Assembly (NCBI GenBank): GCA_904063045.1
Contig: CAJFCJ010000001.1
Coordinates: 3,162,001-3,226,000 of the forward strand
Direction: 5' to 3'
DNA length: 64,000 bases
Source: Dimorphilus gyrociliatus
Lineage: Eukaryota > Animalia > Annelida
Part shown: positions 14,101-27,383 of the stretch, piece by piece
Layout: each line of letters begins with the position of its first letter
Numbering within the stretch: position 1 is the first letter of the stretch
Translations under genes and position numbers: made by a program
Notes under the pieces: model-generated
The model's database searches: none
Told to the model about the DNA's origin: nothing
The model's input: the letters and a program-made list of their open reading frames with translations, nothing else

Positions 14101-17100
14101 TCGCTCCATCACCGTCGTCCAGCCTAAAACTATTACAGAAAGACCAGTACCAGAACTGCCACGGTCGGCGTATCGTCTTCGTGAGGTCGTTTTTTTCCTT
14201 GACCACTGTCCAGTGCAGTAGCAGGCTGTAGTGGTTACAACAGAAAGCGACGGCGCGAGCAGCAGACGAGGAAGGCGAAGGAGCGAGAAAGGGAAAACAA
14301 AAAAAGCGGCTTCGTCAAAAATGATTCATGCAAAAAATAAAAATAAAAAAGTAGAAGTATTTTGTTTTATATAATTGACTCCGCAAAAGAATAAATAAAC
14401 CAAAGAAACTAAATAAATGAAGTTAATAATTTCATTATGTGCAGTAGTTGAATAATGAGTTGATATAATAATTAATAATTAATAGCTTCTTAGAAGAATA
14501 TCACACGTATAAAAATTCTCATTATTTTTGGCAGCAAATTTAATTTCAATAAACATATTCCTTTTAATAAAACGTCCCTTCATATTCTATTACTTAAGTG
14601 AATCTAAAAATCATGCTTCAACTACCGATAATGCGGAATCCATTATTAAAACAGTAATTTTTTGCAGGGTGCAGTGAGTAACCGGCGCTGATTAATAAAT
14701 TATACAGCTTAAAAGTTCCTTTTTCAGAGAAAAAGCAAAAAAAAGGTTGTTTTCGGGTCGTGCTGTTTTTAATTTAGATGCGCTTACTGCCTACACTTAT
14801 TGCTGGATTATATACCGCAAAAAATTGTTTAAATAGTGCTATTTGCTCAGGGCACTCTTCTCCTCAAAACTCTGCTATGCTATGTTTGCATACGTAGAGC
14901 TTCTCGAAAGAAATCAATTAGGTATGGGAGGAGAAAAATTTTTTTAATGATTCAAGAAACAATCATCTATAGAAAAGAAAGAAAAATATTTTACAGTATA
15001 ATTACATTGTATAAACAGCAATACATTTGTGTACGTAATTAATAATTTTCTTTTTAATTTTAGAATAATAGATATCTTTCTACTCTTTTGTTGCAAGCTT
15101 ATTCCTCCTTTTAGATTATCTAAACAACTTTGCCTATTTTATATGTTATATCTCTTTCTGATGAGGAAATATATTGTACATTCTTTGTAATATTCAAAAT
15201 GGAATTACTAATTACAACTAATGTCAAAATCTTAATAAAATACTTCCCACTAGTATGAAACTCGACACTTACAAATTAAGTAATAATTAGAGTAAAGTAA
15301 ACTCTAATCAGGCTTTTTTCTCTTTTAAGGTTTTAACCTTGTTGAAAGTTTGTGGAAATCAACTGAGCCTTACTTTAAATTGTAAACGATTGTAATTTAA
15401 TACCAGCTTAATACTATATATAACTCAAGCTTGGTACAAACTGGAGATTTGATCTCATTCAGAGACAGAGGGAATTATCATACAATTCGTTAGATCAAAG
15501 TATTCCCTTTTCAAAATGGGATATTTTGGTCATCGAATACAAAGCACGGCCCGAAAAACAAATTTTAGGCGAATCAGTAATCAAACTTTAGCCCGACCAA
15601 AGCAGCAACTATGAAAGACAAACACGACATACCAGTTACCCATTGCATAAAGACTGCTGCTGTCAAACTCAAAAAGGCTGCTTGCTATGAAACCACGCCC
15701 TAACAAACTCGCCTTTTGATTGTCTAGTTAACAATTTAGAAATCTTTTCAAAAACGGCGCTTTAACGAAGGAATTATATAAAATGCCAACGCATATCTGC
15801 GTCAACAGGAGCACACTCGAAAATGACCATGTACATGAGTATAGAAATATATATTCATGTATACATTAAACGTAAATCCTAAATACGAACACATTCACAC
15901 TTCCTCACTCTCAGAACGTAAAGAGATATATATCCACATATTCATATATGCATACTTAAATATATGTTATATGAATCTATATTCTGTATAAATACAAAAT
16001 ATATAATCTATATATATATACATTTAAGTATCTATATATGATAATAATTTGTATATACGGTCGATATTTACAGTATATACAAAAACAAACGAAGAAAATG
16101 TGACGCATGCGTCACCAACCTGAGGCACGTAATAGTCGGATGGTGTTGTAGAGGTTGCGTAGTCGGCGTTTGTCATGTTGCCGTTCATATCCACAGCGTC
16201 CAACTGTAAACAATTCCACATTGTTTTCCCATGTTTTTTTTAGGGATTGTAGAAAAATTTTTGTTGATAAAGACATGCAAACATCTAATGAAAACTCAAG
16301 CTTTTGCAGAAGTTAAACATGCCACTGACACTTAAAAAAAAAAATTTCTCTTGTGCATGGAATAGAATTCTAGTCTAATTTTTTTAAATATTCAGATAGA
16401 GTGTTGAAGAAATTATCAATTAGTATTTTTCTGTTTCTCATCATAGGTTTTAATTTGTAATATATTCCATATATGTGTATATATAAAATTTAATATATAC
16501 ATATATTGGTTCAAAGGAAAAACGTTTTTTTTTTAAATGACATAAGAGAGATGTGAAAAATATTGAAGGGAGAAAAAATAATACAAAAATTATTAAAGAG
16601 TTGTTAACTGTGAGCGATAAAAATCTAGCATCTTTGAGTTATTTCAAAAGCTTTTTCCAGTAAGTTATTTAGTAAAGATAAAAAAAAATATAGCTCAGCT
16701 TAGCTTTCTTTTATATAGAAAAAGAGTTCTTTTTTAATTTATAATAAAGCTTTTAAACGAAAACAAAGAGAAAAAGTATATAAAGTATGATATTTTTTAA
16801 AACTTTTTTGATATTACTTAATTTCTTTAAAACAAAAACTATATTAAGAAATGAGAAGATAAGATGCTAATTTTGTTTTCTACTCTTCTTTAATATTACA
16901 TAAATGTTGTTATATATATAGTTTTATATAAAAATTAATAATTGAACTAATAAGATAATTTTCCAACAGCTAACTATTTAATTTCAGTATTTAACAAAAC
17001 TGATGGTGTTACTTTCGAATTTTCAAGAAAAAGGGTGCTTTTTGCTGATGAACTTGTTCCTTGTGATTTAAGAGAACCTTGAGTTGTTCAAATTCTCGAT

Positions 17101-20100
17101 TTTGACAGAAGAAAAATAATAATTAAAAATGTATACACGAGGCTCTCACTCAAGACATGCGAAGAAAAAAAAAAGTATACGACATGCATTGATAAAGCGG
17201 AAAAAATAAAACCAAAAGACAAACAACAACTAGAACAACTCAAAAAAGAATAGCAACAGGCAGCCATTTTGATTTTGACAACAAGCTTATCAAAATTTTA
17301 ACTTAAAAATTTTGCAAAAAGAATTTACAATATAAATGAGATAATTTTTGGTTTATAAATACTTACCTCAGCTACATTTGACGCTGTTCTAATAACCGTC
17401 TTTGTAGTTGTAGCTGAAGTGGAAGGAGTCGAACTAACCGAGGGTGTTGGACTGTTAGCACTTGTTTGTTCGGCGTTTGCGAAAATGTTTGCAGTTGGTG
17501 CAAGATTTTGCGCTTGAAAAAGAGCCGAATTGTAGGCGGGATGGTAGAGGGCTGGGTTTTGGTAGGCAGTCTGCTAAAAGGTATAAAAATATAATTAATT
17601 TTTTTAAATAGAATATTAAAATGGTAATTTAAATACAAAGACTAGGATTTGTTATATAATATATTAATAATAATAATTACATTATGAATTTAACTAAGAA
17701 AAAGAGAACTGCTAAATTCTACTATAATTTCTACATTTGGCTTAAAAGAATTTAGATATCAGTTACTATTTTTTTCTCTTTGTTTTGCAAGATAAGACAA
17801 ATTTTGTTTTATTTGTCGTCAGAAAATACAAGACACAACAATCTACATAATATGGAAAAAAAGAAAAGAGGTTTGATGGCAGAACACAAGAGGGAATATG
17901 GGACGGGTTCACTACAGCTATCAAATTTCAAAATGATGGCAGATTTACTTATCCTATATACACACGTATATATATAAAGATTTTATGCTTCTTTTATATC
18001 CTATAAAGCTAAACTACTCATCACTATTAGTCGTATATTTTAGAAAGATATAAAGTAAAGACTGAAAGGTCAGATCGAAATATATCCATACGAATTGCAT
18101 TGATAAAGTCTATATATAAGCAATTAACTATTAATCATTTATCATAGTGAAAATATTTATTTAAGTAAAGCTTAGAATGTATTACTAATGTTACCTTTTT
18201 AAGAATAGACTCAATACAAAAACAATAATATTAAAATCGTGTTTTTTTACTCTGATTATCAACTGTAATAGAAAAGTAGAAGAGGAAAAAAATATAATAT
18301 TTGTACTTAAGTTTAAAATAAAATAGTATAAACTACTGATACAAGAAAAAGTATTGTGTTGGCTGCCATAATATATTCATTGTAATATAAAAAATTACGT
18401 TTCAATAGATAATTTTATCTCTTAGATAAATAATTCTCTGTCTTTTTTATATTTTACAGGTATGTGTTTTTTTTTCTTATTTGTTCGTTGCAAATTTATC
18501 ATTCATTTTAAATAAATCATAGTTTTCCTGCTTGCGTAGTCCAATAGAATGTGATTTATTTTTTTTAATAGAAATACACTTAATAATAAATATCACTTTT
18601 TTAGCTAAGCAAAAAATTAGCAGTTTAATTTAAAGCTTGAGTAAACTTTTAAGAAGCATTGCCATACGAAGTGTTAAAAACCAGTCTATTCGAATACAGA
18701 ATAAACTAACCTAATTTACACAATACAAATGAAGATATATCATTAAATAGATACAATTGACATCTAAATTGTCAGCACAAAATTTAGGTCAACCCAATTA
18801 GCTGGTCCTAATTGGAAAATGAGCACTAATTTAATGAACAAACAGTTTAGCTTCACAGTACTTGTAAGCTTTGTAAACTATATTAAACAAAACTTAATTT
18901 CGTAAAAATCTGTAAGTTAAAATTGCCATACTTGAAAGTAAGTAAAAAAAAAAATAAATTGCCTAAACTTTAATAACACAAATATATGGTTAATTACACA
19001 AATTCCTTACTTATATTGTGCGGAAAAAACAATAAAAATCTCGTTTTTCCCTCTCTAAATATCAAGTTTTACATTATTAAAACCGAACAATTTATCTTAC
19101 AGAGTGCTTTCATTATTTCCTTTGTAACTGACAGTTAAAACATCAAAGTTTTTGCAATTGTTAAATAAAAAAGCGTGTGAGAAAAATTAAAACTGAAATT
19201 AAAAAAAAGGCAAAAAAAATTCTTTACGAACCAAAGCTGCTGCAGGTGAAGTAGCGCCGGCTTGAACGCTGGGCAGCAACGGATATTGCAGCGGCTGGAT
19301 AGTAAACAACAACAATAGCGAAAAACAAACAGCGACATGCTTCAAAAAATAAGAATTGAAGGGAGGTACTTTGCAGTTCTTAATAGAAAACAATCAGTTT
19401 TTTTTCTAGCATATATATATTTTTAATATATAAAATCTTCTAATGCTTTTCTACTATAATTTTAAATTATTTATATAGTATTTTTATATACAATTAGGAT
19501 ATGTGAAATTATTTTTATTTCAACTAATCTAATAAAACTTATTAATTATTCATTGCAAAAAAAAACCTATAAAAAAACCTTGAATTGTTTTGAAACATCA
19601 ATGAATAATTATTAATGATAATTCATCTGTTAACTGATTACAATTGGCGTCAGATAACAGTAATTACGTATAGCATATTGTCTAATACGTTCAATTATTA
19701 TGTACAAAAAATATTTTTTTCGATTAATTGTTCAACTTCAAAGCCTTAAAAAGTAAACTGAGTGTTTTCAATAAAAACAGCTTTTGCGAATATCTAATAA
19801 TGGTGCCAATTGTCAGTTGTTCTAAAATTATACACCTCAAAAAAATAAAGCCAAAATAAAACCCTGTTATTTTCTTTAAAGCATTAAAATTTCCACTTAC
19901 CAAAACTGGTTGCGAAGAAGTTTGCAAAATGTGCTGGGGTGCTGGTGCTGTAGGAGCACCAGCGGTAGGCAACAAAGTCGGTTGCATAGACTGCGCTAGG
20001 GCCGTCATTTGAATTTGTCGCATTATTAAGTTATTCCTGCCATTTTGCAGTAGTTGCTCTCTCAAATGCTGTGGTGGATGAAGGTATTTGCAAGGCGGCT

Positions 20101-23100
20101 CCCTGCGCTGGCATTTGCCCTAAACAAGAAAAAAAATCGAACATGAATGTTAGTCATCGATCGTTTTTAGGCGTCGTCGCGACGCCGGCGTTCGTTACGC
20201 AACACTGGAGCCGCAGTTCCTAATTGACTATTGCAGTTTTTGTAACCAGACTATTTTTTTTTTTTGAATAAATTCTAGCTTTAGAGCAAAAATTTGCAAA
20301 ATCGTACTTAGGGGAATAACATATAATAAAAGAAAACAAAAACAATGCAAGTACATTAAATCCTGGTCTGAAAAGAAAGCATTTCGATTAATGTTACATT
20401 TCTAATTTCAAGAGCTTTTTCAATCTTATAAACGACCTATAAGTAAAGTCATATACATTGTTTTTAGGACACGCCTCCTAAAATATTCACATAATGCAAC
20501 AATTCTCTTTTTTTTGCTTTAATGTCTCAGATACTTAATACAGAGACGAATAGCTAATGTACTCTTGGTGACGTTTACGAGTTCTTAATGTCTTTTTCTA
20601 TTCAACTATGATGAAAATACTCTAATTTAGTGATACAAGCCAGCGTTGGACAAATGATAAAAAAGAAAAGAAACAATACTGAGTCAAGTTACAGGGGAAT
20701 GAGTGTTACTTTGTTACATGGAAGTTACGAAATGAAAAGAATGCTAGCCCATGGGCTCATTTTTCTTCACTTATTTTATCAAATGATAAAAAAAAACTCT
20801 TAACATCTTACTAAAACGAATTGATTACTCCATCTATTATTCGCGGCCGGTCGATATTTTCCAGCCAGTCCCTTCAACGGACTTTAAATAAAAACAATAA
20901 AAACAGTCCTTTTGCTCAATGATTTTTAGTAGTCTCAGCAGTGCAAAACAACGATCGTGAGATACTTTACAAATAAGTTGGTTTCTTCCGTTCCGGGGGC
21001 GACTTACGAGTGAAAGCATCACTCGTTTAATATTAAATAGGCCAAGTAACTTGATATCGTATCTCGTTCACCCATAGCAAAGAGAGCATTTACAACGTCT
21101 ATATTTATATGTAGATATACATCTACATATATAAATAATCTCAATGTTTATAATTTATAAATAAAATGTTGCAGCTTCCGAAATAAATTAAATAGAATTC
21201 TCTTATACTTTTTTTTTATCCATATATTCCTCTCAACTCCCAAGCCCAGATTCCCTTGTAAAATGTAAATAAATTCCCTTTTCTAGCAGTCTCTCGCTGC
21301 TGTTTAATTGAGACAATGTAGAGGAAACTAACAGCTGTAAGAGCTGTTGAAAATGTTTGCTCTTCCCAATAATCCATAAAAATAGTTAGGATGAACGGAA
21401 TAGGATAAAAATGATTATTTGCTTAATTTTTCCATCACAATATAGTGCTATAGCGCTGTGCATTCCTTAAAAATATAATCGGAATAATTCAATGAATATG
21501 TATTGGAGTAGAATGGAGTTTATTACAGGATTTCATGAAGGGTAAAATTTCTAATTCCATATTCAGAATAGAATATTTTTAAGAGTCATAATACAATCTC
21601 TAATGAAAATAGAAGGCTAATAAAATGCTAAAAGACCAAAACACCCATGAGGTTTGTTTATCAATGTTTACCATGCTAAAATAGCATAGGGTTGAAAACT
21701 CCAACATCTGTTACGCAACAACACTGCAGGAGATCGACGTATTCTTGTCTTTTATAACAGCAAATGCACGACAAAATTAGATCAGGCAATAAAAACTCTG
21801 AAATTGTGCATGTTTTAGCACTTGTATCCAGGCGGGAATCACAAATTTAGAAACGCAAGTATCTTTCCATTTGGGTTATATAATATCAAAGGTCGTATAT
21901 AAATAAAAATTATAAAGGACTGCAATAATTTATAAACAGAAGGTCACTAGGCGCTTTTGATAAGTTCTACGAAATCTAAGTGGCTGAAATAGAAAAGCGA
22001 ACAATTTTACAGAATTACAGGGAAAAAAACTAACGTGCAGACACACCACACACATATATATATATACACAAAATGGGAGAACTTAAAGTTTACATCCGTC
22101 TCTAAACAAACGGTTCATAACAAGTCTTTGGCTTCAAGATAAAAAAAATAAGAATCAAATAAACAGAAGAAAGAAAAAATTACATCCAGAGGACATCTTC
22201 TTTCATCTAATAGCAAATATATCGTAAAATGAAAATAAAAAGGTATTAAAACATTTTAATCGAACTTAAAATGCCTTGTCGATTGTAAAGAAATTAGCTT
22301 TTAAAAAAAAAGCCAACCGATCGAATATAAGAAAATTTTATTATTGAAAATAAAAGAGGATAAAATCCCATAAGAAGAACTTGTAGGAAATCTTGTATGC
22401 TGGAATTGATCGAACGAAAAGTCAAGTCATTTATATTAACTATAATATACTATATAAGTATATAGGACAAAAGAAAGCGAGATAATGTAAATGAGAAAAG
22501 AAACAACACACTCTCTTTTAAAAGAATAGAAAAATAGATTATTCTAATATCGGGTTGTGGGAAAGCTGGAGGGAAGCTTGTGCATTCAATAGACAGTAAC
22601 CTACTTCATATAAGGCTGCATCTAATTGACTTTTATTTATTAAATATCAATAAAAAAGCCAGTGTGCATACAGGCGGTAAGAGTATCAAAAGAAGAGAAA
22701 AATAACATCATATAACAGCGTGACTCGTATTTTTTTTTAAAGGAAAAAATGTTCTTATTTAATGAATAAGTGATCTTGTTTCAAAACAAGTACATCTTGA
22801 ATATCAATAGCTTCATTATAGCAATCACCTATTAAGAGTAAAATGTTAATTGTACTTTTAAATCCAATAGACGACTAATAAGAGAAATCATTAAAAGGTC
22901 ATAGAGAAATACTTCCATAAAAGATATACCGAAAAATCAAAAGAAAATAGATTTACGATTTTAACATCAGTTGTGGCTTACTAGTTCAGTGATTAACAAT
23001 TTTCATGAAATATTTATTCAACTGACAATGAATGACTAAGCTAAAAAAAGTGATTCATTTTATTATGTTTACAGGAAGTTGTAGTCATTCACCAAGAAGC

Positions 23101-24849
23101 GACGTTTTATATTTTGTTTGCAGAAAATCCTCTTTAGCATAACTAGCGTCTAATATGGGAAAATGATAAAGAGAGTGGGGATAAAGTACTGATCAGAAAA
23201 AATTTAATGCTATTTTTCTTTTTTTCCAATTATAGAATTTCATCTGCTTAAAATTCGAAACGACAATTGAAAATCACTTGCAGAAATATCAGAAATCAAA
23301 CTATTGATTAGAGCATAAAAATCAGGAAAGCAAGACTTAACTTGTCAAGCAGGCAATACGGAAAAATCTGTACTAATGTACAAACACCAAATATTTAACT
23401 TGACACTTCAAAGTGGAGCTCAAATGAAAAAATAAAACGAAAAGTTAAATAGGATAAAGAGTGAGGGGATAAAGAGAAGTATTGCATAAAACTTCGGCAA
23501 TGATTAAAAACTATGTATATTGCCGGAGGCATTTGATAGATGCCGCTTACCAAAATATCTTATTTATATTTGATTTCAATAGTGGAAGGGTGGGAATTGC
23601 TGGGTGGTAAGTCTCTATCAGTAACAGGTTATACGTTGCTGTATACATTATTCATTTATCTATCTATCTATATAGAGAGATATTGTAAGGGAAATGAACA
23701 AGTTTAGATGTTCAATTTAGCAAACACTCTAAATAATGAACTACAAAACTAAAAAAAACATTAAGATAACAGCCTTAAGCATAAACACTTTGCGTAAAGA
23801 AAAAAAATACTTGCAAAACATGAGAAAAAGCTGACAAAAACAGCAAAGAAAAAAAAGTCAGCGTCCCAGCCGACAGAAAAAGAAAAACAGTTACCCTCAC
23901 GCAACGTCACGTCCGTACTAACACAGTCAATAAACTCCACAATTAATATATGGGGAATTTCCATTTCGATTAATGAATTGAAGTCATTGTAGTAAAGATA
24001 CGTAAAAAAACATAAAACAAATTTTAACTTGTCTATCAACCGTTAAAAGGTAAACTGAATTGAAATAAATAAGAGTGCTCAGGGGAAAAAAACGATAAAG
24101 AATTTCCTTTCTCCATCTTTGCTCTTTAATTAGGTCATTCGATATCAATGCAAAGAAAATGGAAGTCATCAATTTCCGTAAAAAATGATTAAATCAGCCT
24201 TCTATTGGCATCACGAAAAGCATCACCTCAATGTGCTTAGCATTATGAAATTAATAACGGATCGTTTCCATCTATTATGTATCACTGTCAACAAGTAAAG
24301 CTGGCTGACTTAAAAACAGCGAGGTGGTTTTAAGAAAATTTTATCGGAAAGTCGAACTATCTATGGACAAGAGCGTAAAAGAAAGGCATAATCCACTCTC
24401 TTGTCATTCGTGAGAGCACTAATAATATAAATTGCACTGAGAATTTCTGAAAGATCAAACCTATACCTACAGAAGTCGCATCTGCCTAAAGACACACTTA
24501 ACACGTCTCAAATTGATTCAATGTGGGGAATCTTACTGCAAGATGAGCAGCATTCAAATGCTTAACTTTAACATATAATATGGCCAGCGGTAAAAAGGGC
24601 CAAAGATAGAACGTAGTCAACAAGGTCAAAAAATCAATAAAATGCTGATCAACTTACTTTAATACTGTCAAAACAGCAAATAACCCTTCCATTGTTGACC
24701 TCTACATGTTGCGGTGGATGAGCGAATTTACATTCTTCGGCCGTACGGGAACATTTGTCCCGTTGAAATTCTCGACATACTTCCAATGTCAACCATCTGG
24801 AGTCCTTGACTTGCGCCAGGTTGTGCAGAATTGGGTTGATGGCGCTCAT
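11149..24849 (-). CDS. mbl: Muscleblind RNA-binding protein (two CCCH zinc fingers), 8 coding exons, ~365 aa
   Basis: Joined exons 24849-24658, 20119-19901, 19294-19232, 17573-17367, 16203-16120, 14225-14151, 12677-12455 and 11183-11149 total 1098 nt with no internal stop and GT-AG at every junction. The N-terminus [29 protein letters not shown]|[22 protein letters not shown] is the MBNL ZnF1-2 signature. The protein ends QRF*. Confidence 0.95.
12455..12677 (-). CDS. mbl: mbl coding exon 7 (contains KRLAVDKSG motif)
   Basis: tttacagCAG tandem acceptor; [23 protein letters not shown]...GGFMP, similar to MBNL KRPALEK; donor C|GTGAGT, phase 1. Confidence 0.9.
14151..14225 (-). CDS. mbl: mbl coding exon 6 (75 nt, phase 0-0) with KKRP basic motif
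   Basis: ctacag| acceptor; [25 protein letters not shown]; donor CTG|GTACTG. KRP resembles the NLS half carried by the alternative exon of MBNL1. Not in the ORF track. Confidence 0.8.
16120..16203 (-). CDS. mbl: mbl coding exon 5 (84 nt, phase 0-0)
   Basis: tttacag| acceptor; [28 protein letters not shown]; donor CAG|GTTGGT. Confidence 0.8.
17367..17573 (-). CDS. mbl: mbl coding exon 4 (207 nt, phase 0-0)
   Basis: ttttagCAG tandem acceptor; [22 protein letters not shown]...NVAE, a different frame from the ORF-track call; donor GAG|GTAAGT. Confidence 0.85.
19232..19294 (-). CDS. mbl: mbl coding exon 3 (63 nt, phase 0-0)
   Basis: atccag| acceptor; [21 protein letters not shown]; weak donor GTTCGT; frame matches both neighbouring exons. 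Confidence 0.75.
19901..20119 (-). CDS. mbl: mbl coding exon 2 (rest of ZnF2 and linker)
   Basis: tttag|GGCAAATGC acceptor; [31 protein letters not shown]...QPVL; donor GTAAGT at 19900. Confidence 0.96.
24658..24849 (-). CDS. mbl: mbl coding exon 1 (ZnF1 and start of ZnF2)
   Basis: ATG at 24849; [28 protein letters not shown]...CFDSIK; donor GTAAGT at 24657, phase 0, at the same position as the FDSLK|GRC intron of vertebrate MBNL1. Confidence 0.97.
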
Positions 24850-25939
24850 TGTTGATTTTGTTTCTAAGTCTTGTCTAATGCTGGTCTGAAATTTCGTTTA
24901 TTATTACTCTAATGGGTTATTGATAAAAGAGAGTATACATTTTCAAAGTAAACGATCGTTATACGTTTCAATATATATACATATTATTTCAATATATATA
25001 TACGTCTGTTCGTATATATATATATATATATATGTACGCATGATATATTTTAAAATTATACAATTTTCTATTGTATTTTGCCTTATTGTCTTTTTAAAGG
25101 AATGTTCTAAATACTCTTTCCGCTCTTTTTTCTTTTAAACAATTTAATCAATGTAATTGAATTAAATACATTTTTAACAATTGTTTTTTTTCAACAATGA
25201 CTAGACTTGTATTTATTTATACGAAATATAGCTTTTCTATAGAGAAGTTATGTTATCGTTGAGGATTTATATACTTGTTACTGCACAGTATTATCGATTA
25301 TACTTATTTAATAATAGGATTTCGACTTCAAACAGATTTATGTACGCAATACAGCCAAGTTAAATTTTCTATCCGTAGATTGTATTTTCTCTATTGAAAG
25401 ACGATACAAAAGCAGTAAAACGTCAACCAATTATTATTATCATTATTATTTTGAAGCGTCGAAATTGGATAATTAGTCTCTTTCACAAATTCATCCAAGA
25501 CGTACATTAATAATCATGCTAACGATATGAAAAGGAAGTAAGGATAATTCTATTAGGAGTGAAATCTGTATGCCTTCTTCTCTAATGTGGTTGTGGAGGT
25601 TATTTAAAGTATCAAGTCAGGCGATCTACTCTTGCTACATGATACGAATAAAATAAAGAATAGCGGTCCAGCTCTTCCTTTATACATTGTATTGTTTTTA
25701 TATATAGAAGGCTGTATGATGAGGCCCACAAAAGTAAAAAAGAGAACAATTAACAATTAGAATGCTATTAATAACTGTAAGGTATTTAAAACGAATCTTT
25801 TAAACCAATAAAGCTATGGGTTAACTCTTTAAATTAGACAATATAAGCAAGCTTTTTGTAATTTACAATAAAATTGATATACAGGATATTAAGTGTTAAA
25901 AAAAAGATATAATGCTGTAGGATATAGTACTGTATCTAT

Positions 25940-25971
<32 letters not shown>

Positions 25972-27383
25972 TAGAATAAACTAAATAATAGCAATGAAAG
26001 AGTGAAAAAAAATACCGCCTGTTCAGGATTATCTAAATCTTATAGAGCGATATTAACAGAGAAATTATTGTTTACTAAAATGAAAAATTGTTTAGGTGCT
26101 CCTTTATGAAGGGTTATTTAAACTTTTCTTTTCCGATAAAATAAATATTGAACAACCTTGATACAAGCAACATTGTATTGTAATTTTATTCAAGCCTATC
26201 AACGGGGAACTCTACAGATATATATATATGTATATTTACACACACACATATATATATATATATATATTCTACGCGGCTTTTTTCCCTCTCATCGAACAAA
26301 TTTTAATCTTTAGAATAAAGACAAAAGTTTACTTTAAACTTGAGAGAAAACTGGATCGTGTAATAAAAAATTGGTCTGCGTGTTAAAAAAATTATATATA
26401 TATATAAAAAATGTGTTTATACGAAAAAATGCTTTTCAATGAATATTTCGGCACTTCTTTTTTAATATAATTCACCTGGTGAATATTTCTCAACTGGTGT
26501 ATTTTTTTACCACATTTTCCTCTCACATTTCTTTCTAGTCCTATTCTACTTTGTATTTTATATCTTATTACAATAAAGACAATTTCTTTAACAATAGAAA
26601 ATCATACAACTCCCTCTAAGATTCTTCTAAGCATTTTTATCATTTGTGCTTTTTTTTTTGCGCGCGCAATGTAGGGAAATGCGGATATGCTAGTCTTTAA
26701 TATATCAGGTATTGAAAAGCAGAGGGAGATTGAGGTTGTCCATGGGACACGAGAGGGAAGGATTGAAGAGTGGCCGAGGGGGGGCCAAATTTTGAATAAA
26801 ATGCACAGTATATATATTTTTTAGTAACATTTAGGTTATTGAATATCCCTTTCTAAAACTGCCAAAACAAGCACCTTGCATTGCAAACATTCTTGCTAGT
26901 GCGCCTCAGCGAAAATCTTCTCATTTCTCGCATAAACATCCTGTTTACTCCCAAAGAGCTGACCTATGTCACGAAACCTATCAAGTACTGAAGGCGTATT
27001 CGGTCTAAAATCTCTCTTAAACTTCATTTATTTCCTAACAAAGGTTACAAACAGCAAAAAACACTAACCACATCAATCAAACTCAATAAAAGCCGCACCT
27101 GCAGCCCTTAAGGGGCGGACCTAACGCGAAACCCTCATGAATGAGTTTCGACTGATAAGCCTTATCTACAAGACGTTCTGCCATCGATTTTTCGTTGCAG
27201 ACGAACTAATCGATTGACTTGGCTTTAATTTCAGCTACTTTAGCTACTTTTCAAGCTTTGTGGGTTAAATTTAGCGCTGTTTTACAACTACCATATTGAC
27301 AATAGGCGTTTTTGGATCGGTTAACTTCGCTAGCAAAATGGCGGCTACACATAACGGTTAGATATTTAATTCGAATAACTTAC

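Noticed and set aside
17356-17370. ATACTTACCT matching the U1 snRNA 5' end (also 47415-47422)
   Set aside because: Reverse complement of a strong donor; no U1 body follows. The 47422 donor has no supportable exon.
17372-17638. ORF-track 88-aa translation of mbl exon 4
   Set aside because: Wrong frame; the phase-0 frame QTAYQNP... fits both splice sites.
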